The translations under genes and the position numbers were made by a program. Shown piece after piece: positions 18,959 through 30,934 of a stretch of 60,329 bases of DNA (position 1 is the stretch's first letter; every line of letters starts with the position of its first letter). The DNA comes from Bdellovibrionales bacterium (GTDB lineage: Bacteria; Bdellovibrionota; UBA1018; CAIMNF01): assembly GCA_040380025.1 (NCBI GenBank), contig JBEIJY010000012.1, forward strand, positions 1 to 60,329. The letters are read 5' to 3'. A model generated the notes under the pieces. It was not told the origin of the DNA. It searched no databases and saw only the letters and a program-made list of their open reading frames with translations.

Positions 18959-20099
18959 TTCTTCGTTCGAAACCGAAGCACAGATCGAGATCCGCGCGCT
19001 CGCCAAGAAATTCGCGCGCGAGCGGATCAGCCCGATCGTCGAGCATGACGAAGAGACCGAGACCTTTCGCCGCGATGTGATCGCGGAGCTCGGCGCGCTC
19101 GGCCTTGCCGGAATTCCCACCTCTGAAACCCATGGCGGAATCGGTCTCGGGTACCAGGAATATTCGGCCGCAATCGAAGAACTTGCCGCCGCCTCGGGCG
19201 CGTATGCGGTGAGCGTCGCCGTCTCGGGGCTTCCGCAGGTGATTCTCGAGACCTTCGGGAACGCGGCCCAAAAACAAAAATTCATTCCGAATCTCGCCTC
19301 CGGGCAATGGATCGGATCGTTCGCGCTCTCGGAGGCCGGAAGCGGTTCGGATGCGGCAAGCCTCCGCACGACGGCGGTGCTTCAGGGCGACCACTATGTG
19401 CTGAACGGCACGAAGCTCTGGATCACCCAGGCCGATGAGGCCGATGTGTTCATCGTGATGGCGCGGACCGGCGGCCCGGGCGCGAAAGGCGTCTCGGCAT
19501 TCGTGCTCGAAAAAGGCACGGCCGGGCTCCGCATGGGAAAACGCGAGAAGAAAATGGGCATGAGCATCTCGCACACCATGGAGATCATCCTCGAAGATGT
19601 GAAAATTCCCGCGGCGAATTTGCTCGGGAACGAAGGCGACGGAATGAAAGTCGCTTTCAGCGCGCTCGATTCGGGACGGATCACGATCGCGGCCACGGCT
19701 CTCGGAATCGCACGCGCGGCGATCGAGACTGCCGTCCATCATGCGAACCTCCGCGAGCAATTCGGAAAGCCGATTCTGGAGTTCCAGGGCGTCGGATTTT
19801 TACTCGCCGACATGCTGAATGAATATCAGGCCGCAAAGCTCATGGTTCAGCGGGCGGCCTCCCTGAAGGACAGCCAAAAGCCCTTCTCGATCGCGGCGGC
19901 GCAAGCCAAGGTGTTTGCAACCGACATGGCCATGAAAGTCACGACCGATGCCGTGCAGGTGCTCGGCGGATCGGGCTACACAAGGGAGTTTCCGGTCGAG
20001 CGCCTCATGCGCGAGGCGAAGGTGCTCCAGATCGTCGAGGGCACGAACCAGATCCAGCGGCTTGTCATCTCGCGGGCCATGAAAGAAGAAAGGCACTGA
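18948..20099 (+). CDS. Acyl-CoA dehydrogenase
   Basis: [38 protein letters not shown]. Confidence 0.95.
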   Translation: MLFDSSFETEAQIEIRALAKKFARERISPIVEHDEETETFRRDVIAELGALGLAGIPTSETHGGIGLGYQEYSAAIEELAAASGAYAVSVAVSGLPQVILETFGNAAQKQKFIPNLASGQWIGSFALSEAGSGSDAASLRTTAVLQGDHYVLNGTKLWITQADEADVFIVMARTGGPGAKGVSAFVLEKGTAGLRMGKREKKMGMSISHTMEIILEDVKIPAANLLGNEGDGMKVAFSALDSGRITIAATALGIARAAIETAVHHANLREQFGKPILEFQGVGFLLADMLNEYQAAKLMVQRAASLKDSQKPFSIAAAQAKVFATDMAMKVTTDAVQVLGGSGYTREFPVERLMREAKVLQIVEGTNQIQRLVISRAMKEERH

Positions 20100-20101
20100 C
20101 C

Positions 20102-21454
20102 ATGTCCATCACCGCATCCCGCTTCGGAAGCGCGCCACTCTTGCTCGATTGGAGCGGAATTCAGACGGATCTCCCGGCCGGAAGACGCGATGAGCTCCAC
20201 TCCGCATGGACGAAAACCCTCCGCGGGCTCCACGACGGGGTTTCGGGGTTTTACAACGCGGTCATCGATCCTTCGATCTCGCAGATCGATGCGTCCGAGT
20301 CGCTTGCAAAAAAATTCCTCGCGCGTCCCGAAATCAAGAATTGCCTCTTCATCGGAATCGGCGGAAGCAGTCTCGGGCCCCTCGTGCTGACCGATGCGCT
20401 GAAGCACCGGGCGCAGAGCAAGATCCGCTTTCATTTTTTCGAGAACCCGGATCCGATCGACTGGACCTACCGGATCGCGACCCTCGATCCGCGCGAAACG
20501 CTCGTATGCGTGATCACAAAATCAGGCACGACCTATGAGACGATCTCGATCTTCATGCTGGCCTTTGACTGGCTCGTGAAGGCGCTCGGACGCGAAGCCG
20601 CCACCAAGCAGTGTGTGGCGATCACCGACCCCGAAAAGGGCGAGCTTCGGGAGTTTGCAAAAAAAGAGGGAGTCGAGACCCTTGCCATCGCCCCCTCGGT
20701 CGGTGGCCGCTACAGCGTGTTCACGCCGGTGGGCTTGTTTGCCGGCGCGCTTGCGGGCCTCGACATGCGGGGCTTCGTTCAAGGCGCAAAAAAAATCCGC
20801 GATGCCTGCGAGAAAGCCACCCCCGAAAAGAACCTGTTCCTGACCTGGGCCCATGCGCTTTTCGCCCGCGCGCAGAGCCATCCGGTGCACCTCATGATGC
20901 CCTACTCGACCCCGCTCCGGCTTCTTGCCAACTGGTGGGTGCAGCTCTGGGCCGAGAGCCTCGGAAAGAACGGCAAGGGCTACACGGCGGTGCCCGCCCT
21001 CGGGGCCATCGACCAGCACTCGATGCTTCAGCTTCTTCGCGACGGACCGAACGACAAGGTGATCTGGTTTGTGAATGTCTCGGACTTCAAAACGAAGATC
21101 CGGATTCCCTCGATCGACTTCCGGGTGAAGACCTTTGAGCTTCTGGAGGGGCAGGAGCTCGGGAGCCTCCTCGATACCGAATTTCGCGCAATCCAAAGGG
21201 TGATGACCAATCAAAAACGCCCGCACCTGCAGGTCCAGATCGACGAGCTGAACGAGGAATCCTTGGGGGCTTTGTTCTTTTCGTTCTCGGTTTTGACCGC
21301 CTATATGGGCGAAATCATGGGAGTGAACCCCTTTGACCAGCCTGGGGTCGAAGAAGGAAAAGTCTACATTCGCGAGAAGCTCGAGCAGGCAAAACAGGCG
21401 CTTTCGCGCGAGGAAGAGGAATCCGTCCACCGGTTGCGCCTGCATCGGGAGTAA
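20102..21454 (+). CDS. pgi: Glucose-6-phosphate isomerase
   Basis: GIGGSSLG, KSGTT, VGGRYSV, QLWAESLGK, PFDQPGVEEGK. Confidence 0.93.
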   Translation: MSITASRFGSAPLLLDWSGIQTDLPAGRRDELHSAWTKTLRGLHDGVSGFYNAVIDPSISQIDASESLAKKFLARPEIKNCLFIGIGGSSLGPLVLTDALKHRAQSKIRFHFFENPDPIDWTYRIATLDPRETLVCVITKSGTTYETISIFMLAFDWLVKALGREAATKQCVAITDPEKGELREFAKKEGVETLAIAPSVGGRYSVFTPVGLFAGALAGLDMRGFVQGAKKIRDACEKATPEKNLFLTWAHALFARAQSHPVHLMMPYSTPLRLLANWWVQLWAESLGKNGKGYTAVPALGAIDQHSMLQLLRDGPNDKVIWFVNVSDFKTKIRIPSIDFRVKTFELLEGQELGSLLDTEFRAIQRVMTNQKRPHLQVQIDELNEESLGALFFSFSVLTAYMGEIMGVNPFDQPGVEEGKVYIREKLEQAKQALSREEEESVHRLRLHRE

Positions 21455-21522
21455 GGGCGAACATACCGACCGGATTTATTTTTGATTGATTTTGTCAACA
21501 ATTGGTGGTAACATCCGCGCCT

Positions 21523-23247
21523 ATGAAACTCGGACCTTTGCTTTCTGTTTTTCTCCTTCCCGTTTTCGCCCTCGCACGGCCAATCGCAAATTCGCATCCG
21601 GAATCCCGAAGTCACATCATGGTGCTCTCGGGCGGGGTCTCCTCGTTCCAGAATCACTACAGTCAGTACCTGCAAACCAAGCTCCTGGCCGAGCACATGC
21701 GAAGCCGGCTCACTCCCGAACAGGTCGATTTGTTTTTTGCGGCAGGGAACAACGAAACCACGAAGGAGCTGTTCCCGGACGTGCATCGGTACATCCAAAG
21801 CTCGGGACTCAGCCGGGTGGATCAGCTTCTGCCGGGAATCATTTCAGGAAATCGTCCGGCGACGCCAACGGTCGTGAAGGAGTACTTTGATACAGAACTT
21901 CCCGCCAAGATCGATCCGTCCGGGACGTTGTTTCTGCTGGTCACCGATCATGGCGCCCCGAACCCCCGTCTCATCGATGCTACCGATCCCTATGCGGACA
22001 ACTGCATCGATCTTTGGAGCGGAAAGGCGACGACCAGGGACAACAGCCTTTATGAGGATCTGCGGAATTGCTTTTCGGTGAAAAAGCTTGAGCAGGGCCT
22101 GAAAAAATCAAGCCCCGGACGGACGGTCTTCGCCATGACCCAGTGCCATTCCGGCGGGTTCCACCGTTTGTCGGTCAAGAAAGACGGAAGCTCCCGTTGG
22201 ACCGCGAATCCCGCGATTTGCGGATTCACCGCATCCGACGAGAACACGGTTGCCTCGGGGTGCACCTCGGATGTGAATGACGAAAACTATCGCGGCTATG
22301 AGCGTTTTTTTGCGGAGGCGCTCTCGGGAACGGATGTGATCACCCGAAAGCCCAAAGGCACCCCCGCGAAGAGCCTGCAAGAGGCCCATTATTCTGCCGC
22401 CGAAATCGACACCACCCTCGACATCCCGCTCTCCACGAGCGAGTACTTTCTCAGGAACTGGGCCGAGGACATCGCGAGCTCCGGCTTTGAGCCAAGGACC
22501 CGGGTCTTGAACCGGAGACAGGCGAAGAAGTTGCTGACTCAGGTGATGCGGAACAAAATCCCGCGCGAAGAGATTCTGAGCAAAGCGGGCCCGTTCGAGA
22601 GCTGGTTTGCGGCGCGCTTTGCACATCTGGACCGGATGGGAGAAAACCTCGCCGCGAGTTCCGGAACCGTGGGTTCCTTATGGAACCGTCCGCCCAAGGA
22701 GATCCGCGATGCGTTCAAAGGATTCCGGAAATCCAGCCTCGAGTTGGAAACGAAAAAAAACGAGATCGAAGAACAGTATGCGGCGCTGATCGACGAGGCC
22801 ATGAAACCGGATTACCTCAATTCCTTGATCCTCAAGGAAAAAGACCCTGAGTATCTGAAAGATCTCGAGAACCGCTACCATTCCTTCCTCGTGAAAGATC
22901 CGGACCTGTATCAAACCAGACTCTTCAGTCTGACCCGTGCGGGCAATCCGGATGCGGTGGTGCTTGCGGAACAAGAACAGAAATTTTTAGAGATCTTCGC
23001 TGCAAACGCGGCCCGTCTGCCCGGTGGAAAGTATGAAAATTTGCCGGAACAGCTGGATTTTTTGAAAGAAACCCATGATGCGCTCGAAGACCGGTACTCC
23101 GAACTCTCCCGCGTGCAACACATCCTGACCCGGATCATGATCCAACGCGGAGTCATCGCCGCGGCCCATGTGCTGATCCAAATGAAGGACGAGCAGGCGC
23201 TTGCGGATTTGCAGGGCTTGCTCGAGTGCGAGGCGACTCCGTTTTAG
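21523..23247 (+). CDS. Secreted clan CD (caspase/C13-like) peptidase with C-terminal coiled coil, paralogue A
   Basis: Signal peptide; LLVTDHG (His) and MTQCHSGGF (Cys) dyad motifs. Confidence 0.72.
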   Translation: MKLGPLLSVFLLPVFALARPIANSHPESRSHIMVLSGGVSSFQNHYSQYLQTKLLAEHMRSRLTPEQVDLFFAAGNNETTKELFPDVHRYIQSSGLSRVDQLLPGIISGNRPATPTVVKEYFDTELPAKIDPSGTLFLLVTDHGAPNPRLIDATDPYADNCIDLWSGKATTRDNSLYEDLRNCFSVKKLEQGLKKSSPGRTVFAMTQCHSGGFHRLSVKKDGSSRWTANPAICGFTASDENTVASGCTSDVNDENYRGYERFFAEALSGTDVITRKPKGTPAKSLQEAHYSAAEIDTTLDIPLSTSEYFLRNWAEDIASSGFEPRTRVLNRRQAKKLLTQVMRNKIPREEILSKAGPFESWFAARFAHLDRMGENLAASSGTVGSLWNRPPKEIRDAFKGFRKSSLELETKKNEIEEQYAALIDEAMKPDYLNSLILKEKDPEYLKDLENRYHSFLVKDPDLYQTRLFSLTRAGNPDAVVLAEQEQKFLEIFAANAARLPGGKYENLPEQLDFLKETHDALEDRYSELSRVQHILTRIMIQRGVIAAAHVLIQMKDEQALADLQGLLECEATPF

Positions 23248-23250
23248 TGC

Positions 23251-23451
23251 GAACTGTGCCCTTTGAGTGTGCTCCGTTTCAGTCCAGGATGGACAGTGGG
23301 GGTTGGAATCGCTCGATTTTTACCTCCATGCCGCATCCTGCGGCCTCGCTTTCGCGCATCACGCGCTCGCGAGAGTCGGCAAAAACCGAACGATTCCAAC
23401 CCCCTCTGTCCATCCTGCTCCTTCATTGAGTACAACCAAAGGGAGCAGTTG
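23251..23451. repeat. Hairpin element copy E3 (201 bp)
   Basis: GAACTGTGCCCTTTGAGTGTGC ... TACAACCAAAGGGAGCAGTTG termini; ~40-bp paired arms; conserved core. Confidence 0.92.
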
Positions 23452-23532
23452 ACATTAAACACAGCGGAAGGGGCGGTTCGCGGGTCGGCCAGTGAATTGT
23501 GTTTCGCCTGAGCTCGTGTTACGCTACGCGTT

Positions 23533-25218
23533 ATGAAGAATCTTGTCGTTTTTGCGGGCATTTTCCTTCCTGCATTGGTTTCATACGCCGCCCCCGAAGA
23601 TCGCGCCATCGTGCTCTCGGGCGGGCTTGATCCGTTTGAAAACCGCAATTCGCTGTATCTGCAAACCCAGATGATTCTCGAGACCCTGCATGGCCGCATG
23701 AGCCCCGGGCAGATCGATCTTTTTTTCGGTGCCGGAAACTCCCCATCCACCCGAAACCTGATCCCCGACGTTCATCGGTTCAGCACCCGTTCGCGGCTGG
23801 ATTTCGTCGATGAGCTGGTCCCGGGAATCCTGCCCGACAATCGCGCGGCGGACTCTCCGACTCTCGAGGAGTATTTTCATTCCGAACTTCCGAACAAAAT
23901 GAATCCGAAGGGAAATCTCTTTTTTCTCGTCTCGGATCATGGAATGCCGAATCCGTTCCTGCGCGAAAACGAGGCGTCCTACTCGAACAACTGCATCGTG
24001 CTCTGGAACGGGATGCCCGGTGCCGATGCCCAACCTCGAAATCCTTGCCTATCGGTGACCGACCTGAAATCCCGTCTGGAACTTGCGAATGCGAAGCGAA
24101 CGGTGTTCGCAATGACCCAGTGTTATTCGGGCGGATTCCACGGCATGTCGGTCCGCCGGGACGAAGAGAACCATTGGACTGCAAACCCGAAGGTCTGCGG
24201 ATTCACCGCGACCACCGAGGATGAAGTCTCGAATGGATGCTCGATGGAGGTCGACTCGCTCAAATACATCGGGTACGAGCGACGCATCACCGAGGCGCTC
24301 ACCGGGTTCGACATGGCAACCGGAGCCGCACTGGCACCGGCTGCGCGCTCTCTTTTGAGTGCCCACCGCAGAGCGGCCGAAATCGACACGAATTACGATA
24401 TCCCGCTCACCACGAGCGACGTGTTCCTCCGGAACTGGGCGCAGGACATCGAAACCCGCGGATTCAAGCCCAGAGCGGGCCGGGGGGCGAAAGCGCGCAG
24501 GGATTTCATCGAGGTGGCCGAAGGGAGAATCTCTCACGAAAAAATCCTGGCCTCGTCGAAATGGCTCAGGGCCTGGTTTGAAGCGAAATTCAATCACCTC
24601 GCGCGCATGGCGGCCACGGTCGGCGAGACCTCCGAGACGGTGAAGCGTCTTTGGGATCAGCCCCTCTCGCTCCTCAGGAAGTCCATCGATGAAATGAATT
24701 CCGAAATTGCTTCGAAACAAAAGGAACTTGCGACGATTCAGGAACAAATTGATGTTCTGAACCAGGGAACACTCCATCCGGCCTACTTGGATCATCTGAA
24801 TGCAAGAGCGCTTGAGCCGACGTTTTTACAGAATCCCGCGAACATGTACCACTACCAAATCGCGCTCACGCCCGATCTTTATCAGTCCCAGATGTACATC
24901 CTGAGCAAAGCGCAATCGCCGCTCGCCCTGATCCTGGCCGAGCAAATGCGCTCCTACGGCGAAGTTTCCCGAGACATCCTCCTCGGGTTGCGGAATGGAA
25001 CCTATCGCGACGAGGTTGGACTCCGGGATGAGTTGTACAAAAAAGAAGAGTCCGTTCAGGCTGATATTTGGGAACTCCAACGCGAACGAAACCTCCTGCG
25101 CCGGTTTCAGATCCAGCGCGAGGCACTCGCCGCAGCCCATGCGATCGTCCGAATGAACGACAAAAAAGCCCTCTCCGATTTGCAGGGCTTGCTCGAGTGC
25201 GAGGCGACTCCGTTTTAG
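23533..25218 (+). CDS. Secreted clan CD (caspase/C13-like) peptidase with C-terminal coiled coil, paralogue B
   Basis: FLVSDHG and MTQCYSGGF; collinear with paralogue A; same C-terminus DLQGLLECEATPF. Confidence 0.72.
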   Translation: MKNLVVFAGIFLPALVSYAAPEDRAIVLSGGLDPFENRNSLYLQTQMILETLHGRMSPGQIDLFFGAGNSPSTRNLIPDVHRFSTRSRLDFVDELVPGILPDNRAADSPTLEEYFHSELPNKMNPKGNLFFLVSDHGMPNPFLRENEASYSNNCIVLWNGMPGADAQPRNPCLSVTDLKSRLELANAKRTVFAMTQCYSGGFHGMSVRRDEENHWTANPKVCGFTATTEDEVSNGCSMEVDSLKYIGYERRITEALTGFDMATGAALAPAARSLLSAHRRAAEIDTNYDIPLTTSDVFLRNWAQDIETRGFKPRAGRGAKARRDFIEVAEGRISHEKILASSKWLRAWFEAKFNHLARMAATVGETSETVKRLWDQPLSLLRKSIDEMNSEIASKQKELATIQEQIDVLNQGTLHPAYLDHLNARALEPTFLQNPANMYHYQIALTPDLYQSQMYILSKAQSPLALILAEQMRSYGEVSRDILLGLRNGTYRDEVGLRDELYKKEESVQADIWELQRERNLLRRFQIQREALAAAHAIVRMNDKKALSDLQGLLECEATPF

Positions 25219-25262
25219 CGGGCACGACTATTGCTAATGACACCTCGGACAATGGAGGTGCC

Positions 25263-26060
25263 ATGAAGGATCAAGGTTTTTTTGGAACGATCGGGGTCGT
25301 TTTGTTTCTTGCGTCGGGCTTTTCAGCCCACGCCACACCCGAAGTGAGGTCGATTGTCGCGGTAGAAGAAGGAGCGCCGGATGATCCGTCCTCGGATCAT
25401 CTTCTGATGTACTCCGACGGAAGCGTCGAGTTCTTGAAGAACCGCGAGAAGGGGCGTCTCCGGCGCATCCAGAGCGAGCTCCGGAATCGCGTTCGCGAGC
25501 CACTGCCCGGCGATACCCTCAGCGCTCCCTTCGAGGCGGAGTACGAGCCCTCCGTGATCGAACCGCAAAAGGCCACCGAGATCTTCTCGACCATGAGCCG
25601 GAGAACCCGATCCCGCTCGCAGTGCTACAATCGCGCCCTCATTTGGGGTTACGATGCCCAGAACGCGCATCAGCTGAAGTCCATGAAGGTTTTCATGTTC
25701 TTCACCGCAAAATACATCCGCGAATTCCGCTATCGTTGGTGGTTCCACGCGGCTCCGTATACGCTGGTGCAAACGGCGACGGGGCCCGAAGAACGGGTCC
25801 TCGACCGGCAGTTCATGCGCGGGCCGGTCGACATGAAGACCTGGTCGGATTACTTCATTTATCCGAAAAAACCCTGCCCCACCGTCGAGCGCTACAAGGA
25901 CTACAGCGAACGACAATACGACCAGTACTGCTACTTCATCAAGGTGCCCATGTACTACTGGCAACCGCGCGACATCGAGGCCCGCGATCAGGGAAGGCCC
26001 CACGCTCTCGAATTCATTTCGAGCGAGGTTCGATACGCATACTGGCAGGCATTCCGCTAG
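25263..26060 (+). CDS. Secreted protein-glutamine glutaminase-like (Cys-His-Asp) protein
   Basis: ATG at 25263 after GGAGG; SQCYNRA, WWFHAAP, RVLD motifs. Confidence 0.65.
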   Translation: MKDQGFFGTIGVVLFLASGFSAHATPEVRSIVAVEEGAPDDPSSDHLLMYSDGSVEFLKNREKGRLRRIQSELRNRVREPLPGDTLSAPFEAEYEPSVIEPQKATEIFSTMSRRTRSRSQCYNRALIWGYDAQNAHQLKSMKVFMFFTAKYIREFRYRWWFHAAPYTLVQTATGPEERVLDRQFMRGPVDMKTWSDYFIYPKKPCPTVERYKDYSERQYDQYCYFIKVPMYYWQPRDIEARDQGRPHALEFISSEVRYAYWQAFR

Positions 26061-26304
26061 AAGCAGCCTGCAGCTCCGTAAGCAAATCATTCACACTGGG
26101 ATTCCGGCCGGCAACTCCGGCCGGAATCTCCACTCCGGTGAGTTTCTTCAAGCGAATCAGAAAATTCAATCCATCCATCGAATCAAGCTCCACCTGGTCC
26201 CGGATGGGACGGGTTGGGTCCAGCGAATCAAAGTCGGCTTCGGGTGCGACGGCTCGGAGGGCTTCGCGAATCCTGTTTCGGTCCAAACGGCATGGGTCAT
26301 TCAC
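26014..26304 (-). CDS. Phosphopantetheine-binding (ACP-like) protein
   Basis: VAPEADF...ELDSMDGLNFLIRL...GVEIP. Confidence 0.75.
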   Translation of the reverse strand: MNDPCRLDRNRIREALRAVAPEADFDSLDPTRPIRDQVELDSMDGLNFLIRLKKLTGVEIPAGVAGRNPSVNDLLTELQAASSGMPASMRIEPRSK

Positions 26305-27245
26305 CGGGGATCTCCGGCCGAGAGAATCTCGTCGATTTTTTTCAGAAACAAAGCACCGATGCGGCCATCACTCACCCGATGATCGCCCGAGAGCGTGACC
26401 TCGATCACGGTTCGAAACTCCACCCTCCCCTGCACTTCCATCGCCTCCCGAAACGGGGCACCGAGACCCACCATCGCCACCTGGGGAGGATGAATCACCC
26501 CGAACACGCGATCCACGCCGGAATCCATCAGATTCGTGACGGCAATCGTCCCTTCGCCGAATTCCGAGCTTCGAACGGTTCCACTCTCGCGGAGTCGCTC
26601 CACGGTTTTTTGAATGGAACTCATGAGTGCGGCGCTTGTCATCGCTCCCGCATCGGGAATGGCCGGCGCGATGCTTCCGCCCGAGCGAAGCGAAATGACC
26701 AGAGCGGGATGGATGATCCGGGAGGGAAGGAACTTCCCGTCACGGTAATGCCCGTTCAAAAGCGGCTGATCCAGACACGCCCGGATCACGGCCCGCAAGA
26801 CGGGTGCGATCAGCAGAATCCGGTCCTCGACCGCGCGGGTTTGGTTCTGTGCCTCCACCCATCGCAAAACGGCGTCGATGCCAACGCGACGGGAAAGATA
26901 ATAATGAGGGATCTCGCGCTTCGAGGTCTCCATGGCGCGCGCGATGACTTTTTGCAAAGGCGACAGCACAACCTCGGGGATCATCGGCTCCTTCGGAAGT
27001 TCTGATTCTTCGGACACCTCAAAGCGCGCAAGGACGGTTCCGACCGGCACTTTTTCTCGCTCGTGGATCAGGATCTCGCGAAGGACTCCCGTCTTCCAGA
27101 TCTCGACCTCAATGGCGGCCTTGTCGGTATCGACGATCGCCACCACCTGGCCTCTTTTTACGCGATCTCCGATCTTCGCCTTCCACTCGATGAGTCTCCC
27201 GGCTTCCATGTCAGCTCCGAGGGAGGGCATCCGGAACTCATACAT
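26301..27245 (-). CDS. 2-oxo-acid dehydrogenase E2 (lipoyl and catalytic domains, no evident E1/E3-binding domain)
   Basis: [19 protein letters not shown] lipoyl site, DHRVSDG. Confidence 0.9.
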   Translation of the reverse strand: MYEFRMPSLGADMEAGRLIEWKAKIGDRVKRGQVVAIVDTDKAAIEVEIWKTGVLREILIHEREKVPVGTVLARFEVSEESELPKEPMIPEVVLSPLQKVIARAMETSKREIPHYYLSRRVGIDAVLRWVEAQNQTRAVEDRILLIAPVLRAVIRACLDQPLLNGHYRDGKFLPSRIIHPALVISLRSGGSIAPAIPDAGAMTSAALMSSIQKTVERLRESGTVRSSEFGEGTIAVTNLMDSGVDRVFGVIHPPQVAMVGLGAPFREAMEVQGRVEFRTVIEVTLSGDHRVSDGRIGALFLKKIDEILSAGDPR

Positions 27246-28233
27246 GGAGCCGGACCTGCTCTTCTGCCACCGCGACCACCTCGGCGACCGAGGGAAGCGC
27301 CTCGTCTTCGAGGTGCTTCGGATAGGGAATCGGCACTTCTTTGGTGCAAACCCGTCCCACGGGTGCGCGAAGATTCCGGAACAGGTGTTCCCCGATCCGG
27401 GCCGAGATCTCGGCCGAAATCCCCCCCGAGCGCCAGCCTTCGTCGACGATCACCGCGCGACCGGTTTTCCGGACGCTCCCGAAAACAGTGCGATCATCGA
27501 GTGGCCGCAACGACCGAAGGTCGACCACCTCGGCCGAGATCCCCCTCGAAGCCAGCACCCGCGCGGCCTCCAGCGCCTTGAAGAGGCTACCGCCATAAGT
27601 GATCAGGCTCACGTCTTGTCCTTCCCGGCGAATTCGCGCCGAATCCAGATCGCTTGCCTGAATCGCGGCCGGGATCTCGTCCTCGGCCCCGAGGAGCATC
27701 ATGTGCTCGAAGATCAGAACCGGATCGGGATCCCGAACGGCCGAGAGAATCATCCCCCGAGCATCTTCGACTGTCGCGGGCGCCACAATCCGCAGGCCCG
27801 GGATGTGGGCGAACCAGCCTTCAAAGCTGTGCGAGTGCTGGGCGCCGAGCTGTCGGCCCGCTCCGGTGCTGATCCGGATGACGAGCGGAACATTGCATTG
27901 TCCGCCCGACATATGAAGCAAGGTCGCCGCATGATTCACGATCTGATCGAGCGCAAGCAAGCTGAAGTTCACGGTCATGATCTCGACGATCGGACGCATG
28001 CCCCCGATCGCCGCGCCGATCCCTGCTCCGGTGAACGCGGCCTCAGAAAGCGGCGTATCGCGAATCCGCTCTGGACCGAACTCGGCCAGAAGATCGCGGG
28101 TCACGGCGTAGCTTCCGCCATAGCGACCCACGTCTTCTCCCATAAGGAACGCCAAGGGCTCACGGAGCAACACCTCTCGCACGCCTGCCCGGAGCGCTTC
28201 CCGATAGGTCATTCTTACCCTTCCGTTCGCCAT
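27238..28233 (-). CDS. pdhB: 2-oxo-acid (pyruvate) dehydrogenase E1 beta subunit
   Basis: [25 protein letters not shown]. Confidence 0.9.
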   Translation of the reverse strand: MANGRVRMTYREALRAGVREVLLREPLAFLMGEDVGRYGGSYAVTRDLLAEFGPERIRDTPLSEAAFTGAGIGAAIGGMRPIVEIMTVNFSLLALDQIVNHAATLLHMSGGQCNVPLVIRISTGAGRQLGAQHSHSFEGWFAHIPGLRIVAPATVEDARGMILSAVRDPDPVLIFEHMMLLGAEDEIPAAIQASDLDSARIRREGQDVSLITYGGSLFKALEAARVLASRGISAEVVDLRSLRPLDDRTVFGSVRKTGRAVIVDEGWRSGGISAEISARIGEHLFRNLRAPVGRVCTKEVPIPYPKHLEDEALPSVAEVVAVAEEQVRLHV

Positions 28234-29195
28234 CCGGCGCCTCCTCGTTTGTACACGTTCGACAGAAGCGCACTCACCGGCTCAAGGGTTCCAGCCTCGG
28301 CAAACCGGACTGATTCCAGGATCTCGCGATCGACCTCGCGCTCGAGCTCCATTCGGTCATGATCCGTGAAACCAAATTCATCCCGCAGACGCTGTTCTTC
28401 CAACAGGAGCGGGTCGCGCTTTTTCCACTCCGACACTTCTTCTTTGTTCCGGTACAGCTCGGGGTCGTACATCGAATGAGCACGAAACCGATAAGTCGCA
28501 AACTCCAAAAAGAAGGGACCTTCCCCGGCGCGTACCTGCTCCACGGCGCGCGAGGTTTCAGCGGCCACCGCGCGCACATCCATTCCGTCCACGCGGAGTG
28601 CGGGAATTCCATAGGTTCTTGCCTTCTCGGTCAGGTCCACCCGCGAGAGTTCCCGCTCGATTGCGGTTCCCATCGCGTAGCGGTTGTTCTCGCACAAAAA
28701 CAAAACCGGCACCTTCCAGAGCGCCGCAAGATTCATCGATTCATGAAACACGCCCTCTGCCGCGGCACCCTCGCCAAAAAAGCAGGCCGTCACGCGCTTT
28801 CGCTTGCAGAGCAGGTCCGAGAGCGCGAGTCCCACTGCAATCGGAATCCCCCCGCCCACGATGGCGCTTCCGCCATAAAAACGAGAAGCACGATGAAACA
28901 GGTGCATCGACCCTCCGCGGCCGCCTGAGCACCCTTCGGATTTTCCGAACATCTCGGCCATGATCTCGCGCATGGGGATGCCTCGCGCCAACGCGTGACC
29001 ATGATCGCGGTAGGCCGTGATGATTCCGTCCTCGGGTGTCAGAACCGACATCACGCCTGTCGCGATCGCCTCTTGTCCGACATAAAGATGCAAAAACCCG
29101 CGGATTTTCATCTCCCCATAAAGCTCCGCGCACTTCTCCTCGAATCTCCGGATCCGCATCATCGGGTGATGGAATTTTCTGGATTCCGGATTCAT
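28215..29195 (-). CDS. pdhA: Pyruvate dehydrogenase E1 alpha subunit
   Basis: [37 protein letters not shown] at 29195. Confidence 0.9.
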   Translation of the reverse strand: MNPESRKFHHPMMRIRRFEEKCAELYGEMKIRGFLHLYVGQEAIATGVMSVLTPEDGIITAYRDHGHALARGIPMREIMAEMFGKSEGCSGGRGGSMHLFHRASRFYGGSAIVGGGIPIAVGLALSDLLCKRKRVTACFFGEGAAAEGVFHESMNLAALWKVPVLFLCENNRYAMGTAIERELSRVDLTEKARTYGIPALRVDGMDVRAVAAETSRAVEQVRAGEGPFFLEFATYRFRAHSMYDPELYRNKEEVSEWKKRDPLLLEEQRLRDEFGFTDHDRMELEREVDREILESVRFAEAGTLEPVSALLSNVYKRGGAGWRTEG

Positions 29196-30931
29196 GGTCC
29201 TCCCTCCAAGGTCGAGAGATCCCCCTCCGGAAGCCCGAGCTCGCGGGCGCGCAACAGACGCCGCATGACTTTCCCGCTCCGGGTGTGGGGAATTTCTGGC
29301 AAAAATGCGATTTCCTTGGGTGCGATCGCGGGACCGAGGCGTTTTCTGGCATGGGCGAGAATCTCGATCCGGAGCGAGTCGTTTTCTTGAATCCCTTTTT
29401 TCAGGGCCACAAACCCCTTCACAATCTCTTTGCTGACCGGATCGGGTTTTCCGATCACGGCCGCTTCCCAGACCGCCGGGTGCTCCATGAGGACGCGCTC
29501 GACTTCGAAGGGACCGATCAGGTGGCCTGCCGACTTGATCAGATCGTCGGCGCGTCCCAAGAACCAAAAGTATCCGTCCTGATCGCGCATGGCGAGATCG
29601 CCCGTTAGATAAAACCCGTCCCGGAACCGGCTCCGGTAGCGGTCATCATCACCGAGATACCCACGGAACATCGAAGGCCATCCCGGGCGGATCGCACGCT
29701 CGCCTTTCACGAGGGGCGATCGCACCTCGCGCACACTGCCGTCCGGAAGACGCTCCACGATTGCGGCCTCGATTCCGGGCATCGGAACGCCCATCGAGCC
29801 CGGTTTCACGGGGACCGATCTGAAGTTCGAGATCAAGATCCCCCCCGTCTCGGTCTGCCACCAGTTATCGAGAATCGCCATCTGGAAGGCTTCTTTTCCC
29901 CAAAGAACCGCTTCGGCATTGAGTGGCTCACCCACGCTTGCGATCAGACGAAGCGACGAGAGATCATGCTTCGCCGCAAGCTCCGTCCCCTCGCGCATCA
30001 GCATCCGGATCGCCGTCGGGCTCGTGTACCAGACATTCACCGCCTCTTCCTGAAGAATCTTGTACCAGCGAATGGGATCAAACGGACCCTCGTCGAGGAT
30101 GCTCGTGACTCCGTTCAAAAGCGGCGAGAATACGCCATACGAGATCCCCGTGACCCAGCCCGGATCGGCCGTGCACCAAAATACATCACCTGGATGAAAA
30201 TCAAGGGCGAGTCTTCCGGAGGTGAAGTGCAGGACCGCAGCCGAGTGCGCGTGCAGGACCCCTTTGGGCATGCCGGTCGTGCCGCTCGTGAAGTGCAAAA
30301 GAGCGGGATCGTCCAAGCGGGTCGGCTCGGACTCGAATTTCGCGCGGCCTTCGTCCAGGAGCATGCTCCACGAAATCGCGCGAAGCGCCCGCGCTTCTTC
30401 GTAAGAAGCATCGGTCAGAATCACCGTCTCGAGCGAGGGGACCATCGCACGGATCGGCGCGATTTTTTTTCGATATGCGTCCGTGGTCGTCAGGATTGCC
30501 TTCGCGCGCCCGAGCTCCATTCGGGTCCGAATCGGCTCAGGACCGAAGGACGAGTACAAGGGGGCGAACACAGCGCCATTCCACAAGGTTCCGAGAATTC
30601 CGAGAAGAAACTCCGGCGTTCGGCCCAGAAGACTGAACACCCGATCGCCTTTTTTGATGCCGAAGGTGCGAAGGCCCGAGGCGGCCCGGAGCGACTTTGC
30701 GTGGAGCTCCCCGTAAGTCCAGTCGGTGCGAGAGCCCCCCGCCCCCACAAACCGAACTGCCCTTTGCTCCGAAAGTCCCGACCGGACCGCCCTTGCCGTG
30801 GAAAGCTCCGCCAGATTCACCGACTCCGAAAGGGAGGGGCCGAGGAGCGCTTTCCATTCCTGATCCCAGCGGAATTCTTTCGCCGCCGCCGGGTACGATG
30901 CGAGATTCGGCTCAAGAATTCTGAGATTCAT
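29192..30931 (-). CDS. acsA: Acetate--CoA ligase (AMP-forming)
   Basis: [32 protein letters not shown]. Confidence 0.9.
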   Translation of the reverse strand: MNLRILEPNLASYPAAAKEFRWDQEWKALLGPSLSESVNLAELSTARAVRSGLSEQRAVRFVGAGGSRTDWTYGELHAKSLRAASGLRTFGIKKGDRVFSLLGRTPEFLLGILGTLWNGAVFAPLYSSFGPEPIRTRMELGRAKAILTTTDAYRKKIAPIRAMVPSLETVILTDASYEEARALRAISWSMLLDEGRAKFESEPTRLDDPALLHFTSGTTGMPKGVLHAHSAAVLHFTSGRLALDFHPGDVFWCTADPGWVTGISYGVFSPLLNGVTSILDEGPFDPIRWYKILQEEAVNVWYTSPTAIRMLMREGTELAAKHDLSSLRLIASVGEPLNAEAVLWGKEAFQMAILDNWWQTETGGILISNFRSVPVKPGSMGVPMPGIEAAIVERLPDGSVREVRSPLVKGERAIRPGWPSMFRGYLGDDDRYRSRFRDGFYLTGDLAMRDQDGYFWFLGRADDLIKSAGHLIGPFEVERVLMEHPAVWEAAVIGKPDPVSKEIVKGFVALKKGIQENDSLRIEILAHARKRLGPAIAPKEIAFLPEIPHTRSGKVMRRLLRARELGLPEGDLSTLEGGP

Positions 30932-30934
30932 GAT

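Noticed and set aside
17699..19369. Long antisense ORFs (e.g. 17699..19369, 29966..31888, 8782..10362)
   Set aside because: Shadow ORFs opposite well-supported genes, as expected in GC-rich DNA.
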